Part shown: piece by piece, positions 36,219-37,520 of the stretch | How positions within the stretch are numbered: the first letter of the stretch is position 1 | Layout of the letters: every line of letters starts with the position of its first letter | Virus record (IMG/VR): IMGVR_UViG_3300038675_000290 | Coordinates: 1-37,520 of that record | DNA from: a virus | Lineage: Duplodnaviria; Caudoviricetes | DNA: 37,520 nucleotides | Direction: 5' to 3' (one strand) | Notes under the pieces: generated by a model | Seen by the model: the letters and a program-made list of their open reading frames with translations, nothing else | Told to the model about the DNA's origin: nothing | Database searches by the model: none | Made by a program: the position numbers and the translations under genes

Positions 36219-36674
36219 ATGGGTATGCTCACATTCCTTGACTGGGGCCTGCTTGGCACGTTCTCCGGCGCTGTCGGCCTGACGGTGATTATCGTCCAGA
36301 TGCTGAAGCTGCCGCTGGATCGCGTCTGGAGGGTGCCCACGCGCTTCCTGGTGTATATCGTCTGCTTCACGATCATGCTGCTGGCGCAGGTGTTCGTCGG
36401 CGAGCAGGCGTTCACCGTGCAGATTGTGGCCATTACCGCCCTCAACGCCGTGCTGGGTACGCTGACGGCTATGGCGCTATATGAGCAGGTCATCGAGCTG
36501 CCGGAGCGTCAGAAGCTGATCGGGGCCTATCAGTACATGACAACTGGGCAAATGCCCGCTGATGGCGAGATCGACCAGGCTGCGATCGGGGTAAAGGCGA
36601 CCGACCGGGAGGGCGAGACGAAGCCCGAAACCGTCACCAACGACGGCGACGAGGACGAGGAAGGCGACACATGA
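36219..36674 (+). CDS. putative holin
   Basis: Three hydrophobic segments, acidic tail, near endolysin; GAGGTG RBS. Confidence 0.7.
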   Translation: MGMLTFLDWGLLGTFSGAVGLTVIIVQMLKLPLDRVWRVPTRFLVYIVCFTIMLLAQVFVGEQAFTVQIVAITALNAVLGTLTAMALYEQVIELPERQKLIGAYQYMTTGQMPADGEIDQAAIGVKATDREGETKPETVTNDGDEDEEGDT

Positions 36675-36825
36675 CGCGGCGCAGCAGCAGCTGACGCCGC
36701 ACATCAAAATGCGCCGCGAGGACGGTTCATGCTACGTATCATGACGGATGAATCGCGGCCCCCGCTTTGAGCTTCCGCAGCGGAGGCCCGGCAAATGCCG
36801 CTTTCACGGAGGCGGGTTATACGAC

Positions 36826-36867
36826 AAAAAAGAAGCCCCGGCAGCCAAGCGTTGCCGGGGCGTTTTT
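36826..36867. terminator. bidirectional terminator at right end
   Basis: A6...GCCCCGGCA/TGCCGGGGC...T5. Confidence 0.8.
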
Positions 36868-36927
36868 GCTAAAAATTACATGACATCGAGTGCGCACCAG
36901 ACGTGATGCAGAATTCGCGCCGCTACA

Positions 36928-37520
36928 ATTCTTCCGGAGAAGTTCTTGTATCAACAAGCAGTAATCTCTGTACTTTATCAAAGGTTTCACGACTGACAAT
37001 AGGTTCATGCGTTCCAGATACTCTAATCCAGTCCTCCTTTGGTACAGGTCTGCTCTGTTTTATCTTGTAATTGATTTTGCTGTTTAACCCCTGCACCATC
37101 GTTCCAGTGTAGATTTCATTTGTTAAAATACGATTGATAGACACTACCGCCCATTTTGGATTATTTCCGGCTTTGAACCCACAATCATAATTCATTCCCT
37201 TGCTTCTTTTATATTCAGCCGGTGGAAGCACGCCCATATCATTCAGCATTTCCGCTATACGCTGAGAATTGTAGCCGGACAGTTTCAAGTCAAAAATCTG
37301 GCGAACAATATCCGCAGCAAACGGGTCAATAATCAAATGGTTATTGTCCTTTGGGTCTTTACAATACCCATAACAGGCGAAGCTCCCGATGAACTTGCCG
37401 TTCTTTCTTTTCACATCCAACTGACTGCGGATTTTCATAGATATATCCCGGCTGTAGGAATCGTTGATCAGGTTTTTGAAGGTAATAATGATTCTGTCCG
37501 CATCTTTATCCTCACCGGCA
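36928..37520 (-). pseudogene. host large serine recombinase (TnpX-like), truncated by the phage end; 5' part outside window
   Basis: FKNLINDSYSRDIS, ACYGYCKD, ILTNEIYTG, HEPIVSRETF; reading stops at DTRTSPEE-L* where the stop codon is supplied by the phage terminus. Confidence 0.85.

Larger units (their letters stand above)
56..36927 (+). mobile_element. Mu-like transposable prophage (siphovirus-type morphogenesis)
   Basis: MuA/MuB/Gam/GemA/Mor/DUF3486 gene set plus complete head, tail and lysis modules. Ends are TGTAACGG (56-63) and CCGCTACA (36920-36927), a 7/8 inverted match with TG...CA termini. The right end coincides with truncation of a host gene and a shift to AT-richer DNA. The left end position is less certain. 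Confidence 0.9.

Noticed and set aside
75-36885. Alternative ends TGTCA (75) / TGACA (36881-85)
   Set aside because: Only a 5-bp match, no duplication, and does not explain the host-gene truncation at 36927; more likely internal binding sites

Overview
The window is an essentially complete (~36.9 kb, 56..36927) transposable, Mu-like prophage or phage genome of a GC-rich Firmicute (Clostridia-type). It has 55 bp of flank on the left and ~590 bp of AT-richer host DNA on the right, the latter a large serine recombinase gene cut at the phage end. Gene order: repressor, Cro/Ner-like regulator, MuA-type DDE transposase, an accessory block bracketed by two identical 55-bp double-hairpin repeats, MuB-type AAA ATPase, Gam, a broken GemA, Mor/C activator, DUF3486 (small terminase), a NusG-paralogue antiterminator followed by a structured leader and terminator, a siphovirus-type head and tail module, a tail-fibre gene ending in a DGR-type variable region, a DGR-type reverse transcriptase, SpoIID/NlpC-P60 endolysin, DNA methyltransferase and holin. 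Most notable: (i) a diversity-generating retroelement in which the variable repeat is joined directly to the structured spacer that normally follows the template repeat, with no separate TR or avd visible and the RT split by a frameshift; (ii) a candidate phage antitermination system (NusG paralogue, pseudoknot-like RNA, several terminators inside the late operon); (iii) the twin 55-bp elements; (iv) a MuF protein with an HExxH extension and a possible immunity gene. All family calls come from motif recognition and synteny by eye, not from database searches.
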